DNA from: Chiloscyllium plagiosum
Lineage: Eukaryota
Length of the DNA: 64,000 nt
Direction of reading: 5' to 3'
Assembly: GCF_004010195.1 (NCBI RefSeq)
Contig: NC_057718.1
Coordinates: 89,279,645-89,343,644, forward strand
Shown: one piece after another, positions 62,939 to 64,000 of the stretch
Numbering within the stretch: position 1 is the first letter of the stretch
Layout of the letters: every line of letters begins with the position of its first letter
Notes under the pieces: model-generated
Database searches by the model: none
The model's input: only the letters and a program-made list of their open reading frames with translations
Told to the model about the DNA's origin: nothing
Position numbers and translations under genes: made by a program

Positions 62939-63914
62939 CTGTAGTTGCAATCAGAGAAGGGAGAGAGAGTATTTCACACAACAGCATGACTCCATGTCGG
63001 TACAAATAAACGGTCGCATTTCACCCCAAACCCATCACCACCACCCACCTTCTCCCACCCCAGGTACGCCATGCCTGATCTTGAACCTTAATCCGTCCTT
63101 CACAGCACAAACCCATTCATCTCCGTCTTGGACGTTTCAACTGATCTAAACCTATGATTCCACTTGTGGGGAGTGAGTTGCTAATTCCCACCATCTTCTG
63201 TAGCGGAAACTACCTGCCATTATTTAAGATAACACTTTATGTTCAGTATTTAGCTTCCAAAGCTTTTGGGGAGTCTGAGTTCAGGTGGAGATTACACGGA
63301 ATGTGAGAGAGGCGAGAGGGAGGCCATTCAGCCGACGGGATTTATTACCCACTGTCTCTTTCCCCTCTCTGTTTAAGGTCATAGAATATTACAGCACAGA
63401 AAGAGGACCTTCAGCCCATACAGGTCATCAGGAACCTATCCTGCTGTAATTCTATTTCTCAGCACTTGCTCCATAACCTCGTATGCTACGGTGTTTCAAG
63501 TAAAAAAAACAACTTATCAGGATATAATTCCATTTCTTTCTTTCCGATGTACTTGCCTGGTTTCCCCTTAAATCAATTACTCACTGCTCTATGGTAATAT
63601 TCGTGTTGGGCAGTCTATTGACTGGTGCAGAGAAGGCAGCTCGAAAATGCATTAACTGCTGTCGAAGCTGTAAGACCTACCAACAGGGGTTGTTTTGCAC
63701 ACTCATCTAACACACAATAGAATAATGGTGTGTTTCTGCAGAACCTGCATTTCTCAGAGAAGTGTCATTTGGCAAGGGGGTACTGTGGTGTAATAGGTAG
63801 TATTTCTGCACCCCCATGAGCTGAAAGGGTGATCCACTTTAAGAAAAAATAATTTAGTTTCATTGGGAAAACATTCGATTCCAGAAATCATGTCCCTTTA
63901 CAATATTCTACAAT

Positions 63915-64000
63915 GGGCGGCATGGTGGCTCAGTGGTTAGCACTGGTGCCAGGGACCCAGGTTCGATCCCACCCTTGGATGACTGTCTGTGTGGAGTTTG
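63915..64000 (+). mobile_element. HE1-type SINE 5' end, cut by the window edge
   Basis: gggcggcatggtggctcagtggttagcactg...ggttcgatccc. Confidence 0.85.

Overview
Eukaryotic (vertebrate) genomic DNA, very probably a shark or other elasmobranch; this is inferred from the HE1-type tRNA SINEs, CR1/HER1-type LINEs and Deu-domain SINEs. The whole window lies inside one minus-strand gene, SYNE1 (nesprin-1). Eleven consecutive spectrin-repeat coding exons (62938 down to 20402, 1769 bp) splice in frame, and one intron has a GC donor. The next constitutive exon was not found and probably lies left of position 1. In that long last intron is a short Cys/Asp-rich coding exon (6344-6286) resembling the unique N-terminus of the muscle isoform nesprin-1-alpha2. 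The introns are dense with repeats: CR1, Rex1/Babar and Tx1 LINE fragments, SINEs, a solo LTR 13 nt from a splice donor, two MITEs, a 2.5 kb satellite and microsatellites. More than a dozen Penelope-derived short elements carry minimal hammerhead-ribozyme cores, often as palindromic pairs with target-site duplications. A 1.9 kb stack of Tx1 3' ends sits in one target site within a Penelope-type repeat. No prokaryotic features, CRISPR array or true tRNA/rRNA genes are supported. All calls are by eye, and repeat boundaries are approximate.
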